Source: Ferruginibacter sp. (GTDB lineage Bacteria; Bacteroidota; Bacteroidia; Chitinophagales; Chitinophagaceae). Taken from it: 64,000 bases of DNA. The translations under genes were made by a program, and so were the position numbers. The stretch lies in NCBI GenBank assembly GCA_037140275.1, contig JBAXET010000001.1:1160-65159 (forward strand), written 5' to 3'. The notes under the pieces were generated by a model, which was not told the DNA's origin, ran no database searches, and saw only the letters and a program-made list of their open reading frames with translations. Positions 18,608 to 27,777 of the stretch are shown here, piece after piece (position 1 is the stretch's first letter; the number at the start of each line of letters is the position of its first letter).

Positions 18608-19307
18608 GTACTGCAGAGTTTAGAATAAGTGGTAATTCAGAAATGTCATCTATAACTGCATCAGGTGTAAAACCAATCAGTTGATTTCGGGTATATGCAC
18701 CGGTACTAATTCCTACAACTAATCCGCAGCCAGCATTTCTTCCTTCCAAAATATCCACTTCGGTATCGCCCACTTTAGCTACAAAAGCAGGATCTGTTAT
18801 GCCTGTAGCTTGCATAATAGTCTGAATCATTTCCGGCGACGGCCTTCCATTTTTAACTTCATCACTGGATATTACAAAGTCAATAAGATTTGTCCTGTTC
18901 CAACCAAAACGTTTTAAAATGGTATCAGTTATTTTTTTTGAAAACCCTGTGTTCAATGCTACTTTAATATTGTGGGATTGCAGTTGAGAAAAAACATATT
19001 CTGCATTATGCATAGGTTGCAGTGCAGTATCATTTTCGTAAAATGATACCATAATATCTATAAATACAGCGTGAATACCCTCAATATGATCAGGATTATT
19101 CTTTAATTCAGCAGGATAGAATTTTTCAAGTAGCAAACCGATGGCTACAGATTTTTTATACCCCATTACTGATGTAATTTCATTAAATGGTATAGTATAT
19201 CCAAACTGATGTAAAGCATATTTAAATGCTTCTGCTATAGTGCCATTTTCTTTTACTGTTGTGCCGGCTATATCAAATACTACTAATTGTATATTACTTC
19301 TCCTCAT
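18588..19307 (-). CDS. phosphonatase-like HAD hydrolase (PhnX-like, TIGR03351-type)
   Basis: The nucleophile motif is VVFDIAGTTV (DxAGT instead of DxDxT). Cap-domain Lys region VMGYKKSVAI. NGRPSPEM has Arg replacing the usual HAD Lys. C-terminal motif VGDTEVDILEGRNAG. Confidence 0.75.
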   Translation of the reverse strand: MRRSNIQLVVFDIAGTTVKENGTIAEAFKYALHQFGYTIPFNEITSVMGYKKSVAIGLLLEKFYPAELKNNPDHIEGIHAVFIDIMVSFYENDTALQPMHNAEYVFSQLQSHNIKVALNTGFSKKITDTILKRFGWNRTNLIDFVISSDEVKNGRPSPEMIQTIMQATGITDPAFVAKVGDTEVDILEGRNAGCGLVVGISTGAYTRNQLIGFTPDAVIDDISELPLILNSAVLAKHIA

Positions 19308-19309
19308 TA

Positions 19310-19906
19310 TTATAATTGAATGGTCGGTGAAAATTGTTTTTCTAAATGCAGTGTAATCAGTTCTTTAAAATATTGAAATGAAATTTCTACAGGTAAATTT
19401 TCTTCTTTGGCTAATTCATCCCAGCGGCGCATGTCAATAAAATTTTCAAAGAGTTCATCCTGTTCAAATAATATGGCTTCATCAGGATTCATCATACCAC
19501 CCTGGTATTCCAGTGTTTTTTTACTGGCATCAGAAAGGCCGTTATAATATTCAGGATACTTAAAAGTGAGATAACGCTTTGCTGATACGTGATTTTCTAC
19601 CAAACGTGCAATACGTTCAGAAAACCCCCTTTTACGTAAAAACTGTGCGCCAATTTTTTCATGATTGATGATGCCGAAATCGCCCATTGTATTATTTACA
19701 TAGGCCGATACACAAATATGTCCGATATCATGCAGAAATGCAGCCAGTATCATTTCATCATCATACCCTCCCTGCCTGGCTAATTGTGCTGCCTGTACCA
19801 TATGCTCCAGCTGGGTAACTTTTTCTCCGGCATATTCATTACCTCCATGGGAGGCATATAAATCAATAATATCTGCGGCTATTGACTGTGGTATTACAGC
19901 GTGCAT
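19310..19906 (-). CDS. phnZ: PhnZ-like HD-domain di-iron oxygenase (C-P bond cleaving)
   Basis: The match to PhnZ as I recall it is close along the whole length: EYAGEKVTQLEH, AAFLHDIGH, GFSERIARLVENHVSAKRYL and LSDASKKTLEYQGGMM. 198 aa. Confidence 0.75.
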   Translation of the reverse strand: MHAVIPQSIAADIIDLYASHGGNEYAGEKVTQLEHMVQAAQLARQGGYDDEMILAAFLHDIGHICVSAYVNNTMGDFGIINHEKIGAQFLRKRGFSERIARLVENHVSAKRYLTFKYPEYYNGLSDASKKTLEYQGGMMNPDEAILFEQDELFENFIDMRRWDELAKEENLPVEISFQYFKELITLHLEKQFSPTIQL

Positions 19907-19923
19907 AAAAATATTTTTACAGT

Positions 19924-21003
19924 TTATTTATTAAATTTAATGGCCTTGGCTACAGGATGCTCGGTGTTAAATGAAACACCTAAAAGGGTAGCAATACTAT
20001 TAGCGATTTGTTTCTGATACAATTGTTGAGGTATTTTAATTTCTCCCGCTGGCTCAATGCCAGGGCCAATTACTCCAAGCCATGCCTCACCTGATCCCTT
20101 TACTAAAAAACTATGTTTATTCCATTGATTGTTTTTGTACCCTCTGCCATGATCTGTAGTAATTAATAAAGTAGTGTTGTTTTTATAATTGGGATTCGTT
20201 TGTATAAAATACCAGAGGTCTGCAATCATTTTATCCACCTGTGCAGCCTGCTGTAAATAGTTATCATATTGGCTGCTATGTGCCGATTCATCAGTTTCTC
20301 CAAGACTCATAAAAACAATTTTAGGCTGATGCTGTTTGATATATTCTTTTGCAGATAAAAAAGTGAGAATATCGTAACGGGTTTGTTTTTTTTCAATGAC
20401 TACTTTATCCTGTACATCATTGATCATTTTCATAGTGCTGTTTTCGGCAGTATCAGGTAAAGTTTCATATCCGCTGTATACCGGAAGCCCATTTCTTTGT
20501 TGCCCAAGAATATAAGGAAAAACCGACCATGAGCTGAAAGCGACAACTTTGCCTTTATAATTCTCCTTTTCATTCAGGTACTCCAAAATATTGGTATTCT
20601 TATTTACCAGTTCCTTGTTGGAATAAATCAGGGGGTCGCTATATCCGGTAAGTATTTCATTATATCCGGGATATGAAAATTTATACAAATTACTTACGTC
20701 TACATTATTGCCATACATTCTGTTACCCATTAACTGGCCCTGCTTTGCCAGTACATTCCAAAAAAAAGGCATCAGTTTTTTTCTTCGCTCATTTACATCT
20801 GTATCCCAATACTGCAATTTGGTAAGTAAGGTGTCGGCAGCGTATTTAGGATCACTTATTAAAGCGGAATCTGCACCTGAAAATATTTCCTGCCATCTGA
20901 ATCCGTCTGTAGTGATAATGAAAATATTTTCGGACTGCTGCTTTTGCTGCGCAACGGATGTCAACGATAGTGACAAGAAAATAAAACTGATAAATTTTAT
21001 CAT
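19924..21003 (-). CDS. exported alkaline-phosphatase-superfamily enzyme (NPP / phosphodiesterase-like)
   Basis: Signal peptide MIKFISFIFLSLSLTSVAQQ. Motifs ITTDGFRWQEIF, SLGETDESAHS and LITTDHGRG resemble the metal and nucleophile motifs of type I phosphodiesterase / nucleotide pyrophosphatase-like AP-superfamily members. Confidence 0.6.
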   Translation of the reverse strand: MIKFISFIFLSLSLTSVAQQKQQSENIFIITTDGFRWQEIFSGADSALISDPKYAADTLLTKLQYWDTDVNERRKKLMPFFWNVLAKQGQLMGNRMYGNNVDVSNLYKFSYPGYNEILTGYSDPLIYSNKELVNKNTNILEYLNEKENYKGKVVAFSSWSVFPYILGQQRNGLPVYSGYETLPDTAENSTMKMINDVQDKVVIEKKQTRYDILTFLSAKEYIKQHQPKIVFMSLGETDESAHSSQYDNYLQQAAQVDKMIADLWYFIQTNPNYKNNTTLLITTDHGRGYKNNQWNKHSFLVKGSGEAWLGVIGPGIEPAGEIKIPQQLYQKQIANSIATLLGVSFNTEHPVAKAIKFNK

Positions 21004-21089
21004 GGGTTACTATGATTACGCAAAGCACCACTTTTAATGTAAACTCCTCTTTAAGCAATCATTATGTAAACGTTACGTTTCAATTGAAA

Positions 21090-21117
21090 TAAAAAACGGA
21101 CTCCTGTGGGAGTCCGT
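21090..21117 (-). terminator. rho-independent terminator after the 677-aa TonB receptor gene
   Basis: Perfect 9-bp stem ACGGACTCC (21096-21104) / GGAGTCCGT (21109-21117) with loop TGTG. The A-run at 21091-21096 on the plus strand gives a U-run after the hairpin on the minus strand. Confidence 0.8.
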
Positions 21118-21226
21118 CTTAACTAACGCAAAAAAACTGCACTTGTAAACTAAACCAAACGCTGCTGTTTTTGAGTTGCAAAACCTGGAAAGGTTTCGCT
21201 TTTGACTGCTTGCTATATGAGAAATA

Positions 21227-23260
21227 TTAAATTTTTACTGTTACTGCAATCCATCCGCTTCGTCCAACTCCATTAATACCACTTCCATGTGTACGGTAAT
21301 CTTTATTGAATATATTCTGTAACCCAATATTAAAATTGAACACAGATAATTTAAACCCTGTGTACAAATTAACTATTTGCCAGCCCGCTGTGCCATTGAT
21401 GCCGATTCGATTATCATCCTTATCCCCCTGCGCCAACCTGTTTTGCTTAGCTGCGAACATACACTCGGCAGCAGTAAACCAGTTTTTATTTTTGTAAGTG
21501 GCTGCAACTCTTCCGTTAAAAGGCGGTATACGGCGTAACGGCTCTTTCTTGCTCAGGCTTTGTCCATATGTATAAGTAATTCCACTGCTAAAGTACACAT
21601 GCTTTGTTACCTCAGCGTTAAATTCAGTTTCAAATCCTTTAATAAATGCAGCTTCTGTGTTTTCTTTTTTATAAACAGGGTAGCCATTGATCACCTGTCC
21701 TTCTGCTTTTACCCTTGTGATAATATCAGACAAGTGCATATAATAAGCAGCAAATGTTGCGTTTATTTTTTTTGAAGAAAACTTATAGCCAATTTCTGTG
21801 TGTTGCGATTTTTCGGGATGTAAATCAGCAGTGGGTATTTCGTAACGAAAATCCACAATGCCCAATGTTCCCATATCATCAATATTAGGTGCCCTGTATC
21901 CGCTGCTGAATGAAATGTATGCAGATTGCTGCTTGTTAATACAATACAAAACAGCTGCATTACTTACTAAAGCTGAAGGGCTAATTTTTATATTGCCCAG
22001 GCTGGTATCAGTAATAGCAATATCAAATATATTGTAACGTAACCCTCCATCCACCAGCCATTTTCCCAGGTGGATATGATGCAGACTGTATACAGCATAA
22101 TTGCCATATTTTGCACCGTTTGGATACAGACCTCTCTTTATGTCTGCAATATAGGTGAGTGTATTGATATCTTTTCTTGTACTGGACACTCTGTCGCGGT
22201 AAATTTCAATACCTGAATTAGCTGTCCATATTTTATTTAACACCGATACAATATCTGCCGTAATGCCCACTGTTGCAGTAGCATCCTTTTCTTTTCTTAA
22301 ACTGGTACTACCATTTTTTAAACTGCTTCGGCCTTCTTTTCCCTGTTGAAAGGAAACGGTAAATTCAGTTTCTTTTAAAAGTGGAGTGCTGCCTTTTACA
22401 TTTACTCTGGCATAAGTTAATAAACGCTGTTGAGGGTCCATTTCATTAAGTCTGAAATTTTCTAACCGAACTTTATGATAAACCGGTACATGTTCCTGTT
22501 GTAAAAACTGATTGGCCATAATTAATTCAATATTCTGCCTCAGTAAAATTTTTGCTTTAATATCAAAAGCCCATTCATTATACCCCGAAGGCGACTGTTT
22601 TCCGGTAGTATCACCACCAATAATATCACCGAAATTTCTTTTACTGATACCGGCTAATATGGCTAATTTTTGTCCACTGTAAGCCGCTTCCCCTCTTATT
22701 GTTTTCTCCATATCACCGGTCATGTATTTACTCATCAATTTTCCGGTAAACAAAGACTTTTGGTTGGTAAATTCCGGATTATTAGAAATTATATTTATAA
22801 CTCCCCCTATAGCATCAGAGCCATACTGTACAGAGCCTGTTCCTTTTGCTACTTCTATTTTATTGATTGTATAAGCATCTATCGTATTCAGGTATTGATT
22901 AGGCCCGTAACGAAAGATGGAATTGTTTAATCGAATACCATCTGTTAATATCAAAAGCTGATTTCCGGTTACGCCTCTTACAAATGGTGATCCGCCTCCG
23001 TGATTGGTTTTTTGTACAAATACACCATTCATTGCCATCATGGCTTCGGGAGTAGTACGAAACTGATAGTCATCCATTGTTTTTCTGCCCAATACATTTA
23101 CAGTAAAGGGCAATAACAATGATTCAGATTTTTTGCGGGTTGCAGTTACAACCAGTTCTTTTAATTTATTAGCAGAGTCAGCAACAACTGTTTGCTGCTG
23201 AGCAGCAATATTTGAAGAAATCATTAATGCAGCAACAATGACGAATAGTATATGTTTCAT
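21227..23260 (-). CDS. TonB-dependent receptor (small, 22-strand type)
   Basis: Signal peptide, TonB-box-like ELVVTATR, and plug motifs NGVFVQKTNHGGGSPFVRGVTGNQLLILTDGIRLNN and GSDAIGGVINIIS. Starts 19 nt downstream of the 922-aa phosphoesterase gene. Confidence 0.8.
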   Translation of the reverse strand: MKHILFVIVAALMISSNIAAQQQTVVADSANKLKELVVTATRKKSESLLLPFTVNVLGRKTMDDYQFRTTPEAMMAMNGVFVQKTNHGGGSPFVRGVTGNQLLILTDGIRLNNSIFRYGPNQYLNTIDAYTINKIEVAKGTGSVQYGSDAIGGVINIISNNPEFTNQKSLFTGKLMSKYMTGDMEKTIRGEAAYSGQKLAILAGISKRNFGDIIGGDTTGKQSPSGYNEWAFDIKAKILLRQNIELIMANQFLQQEHVPVYHKVRLENFRLNEMDPQQRLLTYARVNVKGSTPLLKETEFTVSFQQGKEGRSSLKNGSTSLRKEKDATATVGITADIVSVLNKIWTANSGIEIYRDRVSSTRKDINTLTYIADIKRGLYPNGAKYGNYAVYSLHHIHLGKWLVDGGLRYNIFDIAITDTSLGNIKISPSALVSNAAVLYCINKQQSAYISFSSGYRAPNIDDMGTLGIVDFRYEIPTADLHPEKSQHTEIGYKFSSKKINATFAAYYMHLSDIITRVKAEGQVINGYPVYKKENTEAAFIKGFETEFNAEVTKHVYFSSGITYTYGQSLSKKEPLRRIPPFNGRVAATYKNKNWFTAAECMFAAKQNRLAQGDKDDNRIGINGTAGWQIVNLYTGFKLSVFNFNIGLQNIFNKDYRTHGSGINGVGRSGWIAVTVKI

Positions 23261-23279
23261 ACAAATTAAGTTGTGCTGT

Positions 23280-26048
23280 TTATTTTTTAAACCCTTTTTT
23301 CATATCATCCACATCATCCATTTCGGGGCCCTGTAAAATTTTACGCCAGTCAATGCTGCGATGGTATTTCTGCATGGCTTTCTCTACATCAAAAACCCGC
23401 GGATCATGTTGTTCTAAAGTATAGGGTGTAAAATCTGGTGTGGCAGTAAAAAAATCCTGCAACAATGAAGCCGTAACATCATATTGATTTACATACGGTA
23501 CATCCAGTATATTATAAATAGTTTTTAAGATAGCCCCAAAGTTAGCATGGGTATGACTAACATAGCCTTTTTTTACATAAGGTCCGGCCATCATTAAAAC
23601 ACTGCGGTGTGCATCAATATGATCAACTCCACCCTGCGGATCATCTTCAGTAATAATCACCAGCATATTTTTCCAGTATGGAGTACGGGAAAGAAAATGT
23701 AAAATTCTTCCTACTGCCAGATCATTATCTGCAACAAAAGAATTGCGTGAAGAATAGCCATCCTCAGGTCTGTTACCAGCCCCATGATCATTGGGCACCT
23801 GCATAGTAATTAATGAAGGCAATTTTTTATTGCCCTTGAGCCACATTTTAGTAAACTCGTCTTCAAACTGGTTCATCCTGAACTGGTCAGGTATATTCAT
23901 GTTAAAACCTGCATAGTTATGACTGGTACGGGTGAACAAGGCTTTTTGCATAGGCACCATTACTGCATGTGCAGCACCTGTTGCAGTATCCATCCACTCT
24001 TCTCTTACATGAGCAGTTTCATTGGCTTCGCCAAAATTGTAAAAATTAATACCCTTTCTTTCCAAAGCTTCCCATAAACCGCCGGTTTCTGCATAATCTT
24101 CGGGATCCATACTTCCTGTAGAGCCCGGAAATCTTCTGCCTGGTGCTTTAGAAAAATACTTGGCTGTTTTATCCACGCTTGAATTGGCTTCCACCCATTC
24201 ATTAGGTATTACGCCCATCATCCAGTGGTGACCATGAATTGAGGCATCACTGTCGCAATAAAAATTATCGCTGAATGAAAATTGTTTGGCTGCTTTATGA
24301 TGATTGGGCGTGACTTTTAATTTTTTATTGCTAGCACGTAAAGAATCGGGTAATGTATATTCACAATCCACACCAAATCTTGCTAAAGTACTGTCGCCAT
24401 TGGCATTTTTTAACTGGCCAAAAATTTCATCATAAGTTCTGTTTTCTTTGGTGATGTACACGATATATTTTATCGGACTTTGTCTTAATCCGGGCAATGC
24501 CGGTAACGGATTGCTGATATCATTTTTAACTGTTACCGCTTCAAATGTATTACTAATAGTTTGTGCTGTATATGCAGCTAATTCAGCTGCAGCGGGAATT
24601 TTAATTTTTTGAAAGCTCCCTAATTGGATATCGCCAATATAAGTACCCTGCGGCGGTGTTATAAATCCTGCACCCCCATTTGGTCCGGCACCCAAACCCC
24701 TGCAACTGATCACATACATTTCTTTTTCATCTGCAGATAGTTTTACTCTTGTGGGGCCCCAGCCTGCAGGTATTAATCCTTTGGTGGTTTTAGTAGCCAC
24801 ATCAATTACAGCAACGGCATTAAAGCCCAGTAATGCCACATACAAAGTTTTTTCATCCTTACTTAATGTAATGCCAAATGGCAATAAGCCTCTGTATTTG
24901 TCAATGCGTTTGTCAACAGTAATAGGAATATGTGCCAGAATTTTGTGATTTTTGTAATCTATCACGGCAATATTATCATTGGTGGCATTGGTAACATAGG
25001 CATAATTTTTTCCTACAGCAATTGAATTAGGACTGGCACCGCCCACCACTTCTGCATCCTCAATCATTTCGCCAATTTGATAGCCGGTCTTAAACTTATC
25101 AATAACTTTATTGCTGTGTAAATTAATCGTAAACACACTCATCGCTTCCGGTGAATTAGGATTGCCTACACCCGGAATTTGTTTTCCTTCAATTATTGTT
25201 CCTTCAATAGATGCTTTAGTATTATCTCCATAAGGATGATGTGGGATCATCATGGAATTATAATTAGCCGAGTCCATTCCTTTCACCAACGGATAGGCAT
25301 AAGTGCCTACATTAGCAACAAATGCTGTTTGCTTATCTGCGCTTATGGCCAGGCCAAATGGCTGACGGCCTGCAGGAATAGATGCAGTAATTTTTTTTGA
25401 CATCAGATCGTATCTCACCAGGCGAAAATTACCCCTGTCTAAAATCAGCAACTCATTATCATTTAGCAATAAGTCTGAGGTAAAACTGTCTTCAAAATCT
25501 TCGCCATCCACTTTTACATTTAATGATATAGAATCTACCCGCTGCATATTTTCTATATCGTAAACAATTACAGCACCGTTATCACCACCGCTTAAATACA
25601 CTGTTTTAGAATTGGCTGCAAAAGCAACACCCAAAAACGAACCGTCTTTTAAAGGTGATGGTATAATTGTAGTTTGAAACGAGTCACTGGCAAATACATT
25701 TCCTGATACAGGTTCATGTGCCAACGGGGAATTGATTTTTTGATTATAGCTGGGTACTCTTATCTTCTGTAATGAGGCAATATCAATAATAGTAAATACC
25801 CCATTATGCAGGGTAACTGCTTTTTTTCCATTGGGTGATACCGCCATTCCAAATGGATCATTGGTAATGCGTATTAAACTGCCGGCGGGGGTAAGCCATC
25901 TGCCACTGGGCAATACAGAAATACCTTTTTCATTGATTGTTGCAAATTGATTTTTGCCGGGAACCTGTAAAGTGGTCACTGATTTTAATTGTGCAACAGC
26001 TGCAGTACCTGTAATAATTGCGGCTAACAGAAGTATTTGTTTTTTCAT
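23280..26048 (-). CDS. exported fusion protein: N-terminal YVTN-type beta-propeller plus C-terminal phosphoesterase (phospholipase C / AcpA family, PF04185-like)
   Basis: Signal peptide MKKQILLLAAIITGTAAVAQ. Repeated YVTN-like blades (KTVYLSGGDNGAVIVYD, NYAYVTNATNDNIAVIDY, KTLYVALLGFNAVAVIDV, KEMYVISCRG). C-terminal motifs IKYIVYITKENRTYDEIFG, VPNDHGAG and ITEDDPQGGVDHIDAHRS. Confidence 0.75.
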   Translation of the reverse strand: MKKQILLLAAIITGTAAVAQLKSVTTLQVPGKNQFATINEKGISVLPSGRWLTPAGSLIRITNDPFGMAVSPNGKKAVTLHNGVFTIIDIASLQKIRVPSYNQKINSPLAHEPVSGNVFASDSFQTTIIPSPLKDGSFLGVAFAANSKTVYLSGGDNGAVIVYDIENMQRVDSISLNVKVDGEDFEDSFTSDLLLNDNELLILDRGNFRLVRYDLMSKKITASIPAGRQPFGLAISADKQTAFVANVGTYAYPLVKGMDSANYNSMMIPHHPYGDNTKASIEGTIIEGKQIPGVGNPNSPEAMSVFTINLHSNKVIDKFKTGYQIGEMIEDAEVVGGASPNSIAVGKNYAYVTNATNDNIAVIDYKNHKILAHIPITVDKRIDKYRGLLPFGITLSKDEKTLYVALLGFNAVAVIDVATKTTKGLIPAGWGPTRVKLSADEKEMYVISCRGLGAGPNGGAGFITPPQGTYIGDIQLGSFQKIKIPAAAELAAYTAQTISNTFEAVTVKNDISNPLPALPGLRQSPIKYIVYITKENRTYDEIFGQLKNANGDSTLARFGVDCEYTLPDSLRASNKKLKVTPNHHKAAKQFSFSDNFYCDSDASIHGHHWMMGVIPNEWVEANSSVDKTAKYFSKAPGRRFPGSTGSMDPEDYAETGGLWEALERKGINFYNFGEANETAHVREEWMDTATGAAHAVMVPMQKALFTRTSHNYAGFNMNIPDQFRMNQFEDEFTKMWLKGNKKLPSLITMQVPNDHGAGNRPEDGYSSRNSFVADNDLAVGRILHFLSRTPYWKNMLVIITEDDPQGGVDHIDAHRSVLMMAGPYVKKGYVSHTHANFGAILKTIYNILDVPYVNQYDVTASLLQDFFTATPDFTPYTLEQHDPRVFDVEKAMQKYHRSIDWRKILQGPEMDDVDDMKKGFKK

Positions 26049-26114
26049 ATTCGTGCTATAAGAATAGTAAAGATGATGATTTTATTAAAATAGTACTATG
26101 GAAATTAATAAAAC

Positions 26115-26144
26115 ACAGACGGAACTTATATAAGTTCCGTCTGT
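26115..26144 (-). terminator. rho-independent terminator after the SusD-like gene
   Basis: 30-nt perfect palindrome ACAGACGGAACTTATATAAGTTCCGTCTGT. On the minus strand it is followed by GTTTTATT. Confidence 0.7.
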
Positions 26145-26172
26145 TAAAAAAATTATGATGTAATGAATTTCA

Positions 26173-27753
26173 TTATTGAACTACCCACATCTTAGCATTG
26201 ATATTATCATTACCACTATACTGGCTTTGTACTGCAGCTGTATTATTTACTTTATTGGTAGATAATTCAGATGAAGGGTATTGCCAGCGCAAAGGAATAT
26301 TACCACTGTTACCAATACCAGGACCGGTTAAAAATGCAGGAACTCCTGTTCTGCGCCATTGGTAATACGCTTCAAAGCCTGAGTTGCGGCCAAAGCCCAG
26401 GTATTTTTGTAACAATATCTGATTTAAACCAGCTGTATTGTTACCTGCATATTTTACAGCAGTTTGGTTGAAGTAGTTGGCATAACTGAAATTTACAGTA
26501 TAACTAACATAATCACCGGGGGCAGTACCTCTTAAAAAGCTAACGGTATTGTTTCCATCAGTAATGCCATAAAAAGCAAACATTGCTTTAATGCCTTTTT
26601 GATACCAGCTGTCTGCATCACCTGTAGCCCAGCCACGATTGATACCTTCGGCTATATTGAAGCACATTTCGGGATAGCCAATGATAAAGGTATTTTCTCC
26701 GGTTAAGCCATCATAATATCTTTTACGGCCAATTGGAGAATATAAACCTGCTACCACTTTGCCACCTAATGTACTCATGTCTTCGCCATTACCACCACCT
26801 ACAAATGATTTGTAAGATGTATCCGGAAAGCCTAATGCTCTTGCAGGATCAGCCACTTTCATTGCACGCAGGTCATTTAAGGCAGACAGGTTATTTAACC
26901 AGGTTGCAGCTACGCATAAACGTAAAGCATCATTGCCATAGTTCTGACTGTTGTTAGGGTATTGATTGTATGCAGCATTATATACGTACTCCAGATTATC
27001 AGAGGAGCTTTCCATCAGCGGATACTTATTTGCATTAGTGATGGTTTCACTGAACTTTTGTTTGATACTTAAATCAGCATCTGTTTCCTTTTTACTCAAG
27101 TGAATCAGCAAACGTAATTTATAGGTATTCACAACTTTTTGCCATTGCTTTAACGCATCCAATGGTGTTTTTGCTCCGCTGCTTCTTTCCTGAAAATAAA
27201 AGTCTCCCAATAATGAAGTGGTAGAAGAGCTGATCAACCCTGCTAACTGTGTGTTAGCGTCTTCTAACAATTGTAAACTTTGTTTAAAAACTTCTTTCTG
27301 AGTATCATACTTAGGAGTGGTATTGTCTAAGCCTTTCATGGCTTCACTCATTGGCAGATCGCCCACTTTTAAAGTCATATTAATAAAGAAATACGCTTTA
27401 AAAAATTTAGCCAGTGCACTATATGGATTATTAGTAGTACCTGATGCTTTAGCAGCTTCTGTTTCCATTGCAACCACATCTCTTAAGTTACCATAATTTA
27501 ATCCTGCAGCACCTGTCCAGTATTCGTTAGTGCCATAGTAAGTGTAAGAGGATAAAGTGAACTGACAGAATTTATCAGCATCGCCTCCCGGAAAAACAGG
27601 CATGGCGTTTTCAACACTTCTTAATAATAAATAGGCAGGTACACTTTGCGGTAAGTTTGGATTGGTAGCATACTCATCAAATTTTTTGCTGCATCCTGTA
27701 CCAATAACAACTAGTGCCATTGCTGCAAGAATGATATATTTTACTTTTTTCAT
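26173..27753 (-). CDS. SusD/RagB-family outer-membrane lipoprotein (SusD-like_2 type)
   Basis: Lipobox IGTGCSKK. 526 aa, directly downstream (24 nt) of a SusC-like gene. TPR-like helical composition, with C-terminal NIPLRWQYPSSE. Confidence 0.75.
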   Translation of the reverse strand: MKKVKYIILAAMALVVIGTGCSKKFDEYATNPNLPQSVPAYLLLRSVENAMPVFPGGDADKFCQFTLSSYTYYGTNEYWTGAAGLNYGNLRDVVAMETEAAKASGTTNNPYSALAKFFKAYFFINMTLKVGDLPMSEAMKGLDNTTPKYDTQKEVFKQSLQLLEDANTQLAGLISSSTTSLLGDFYFQERSSGAKTPLDALKQWQKVVNTYKLRLLIHLSKKETDADLSIKQKFSETITNANKYPLMESSSDNLEYVYNAAYNQYPNNSQNYGNDALRLCVAATWLNNLSALNDLRAMKVADPARALGFPDTSYKSFVGGGNGEDMSTLGGKVVAGLYSPIGRKRYYDGLTGENTFIIGYPEMCFNIAEGINRGWATGDADSWYQKGIKAMFAFYGITDGNNTVSFLRGTAPGDYVSYTVNFSYANYFNQTAVKYAGNNTAGLNQILLQKYLGFGRNSGFEAYYQWRRTGVPAFLTGPGIGNSGNIPLRWQYPSSELSTNKVNNTAAVQSQYSGNDNINAKMWVVQ

Positions 27754-27777
27754 TATATAATTTTTAGTGATTTGTTT

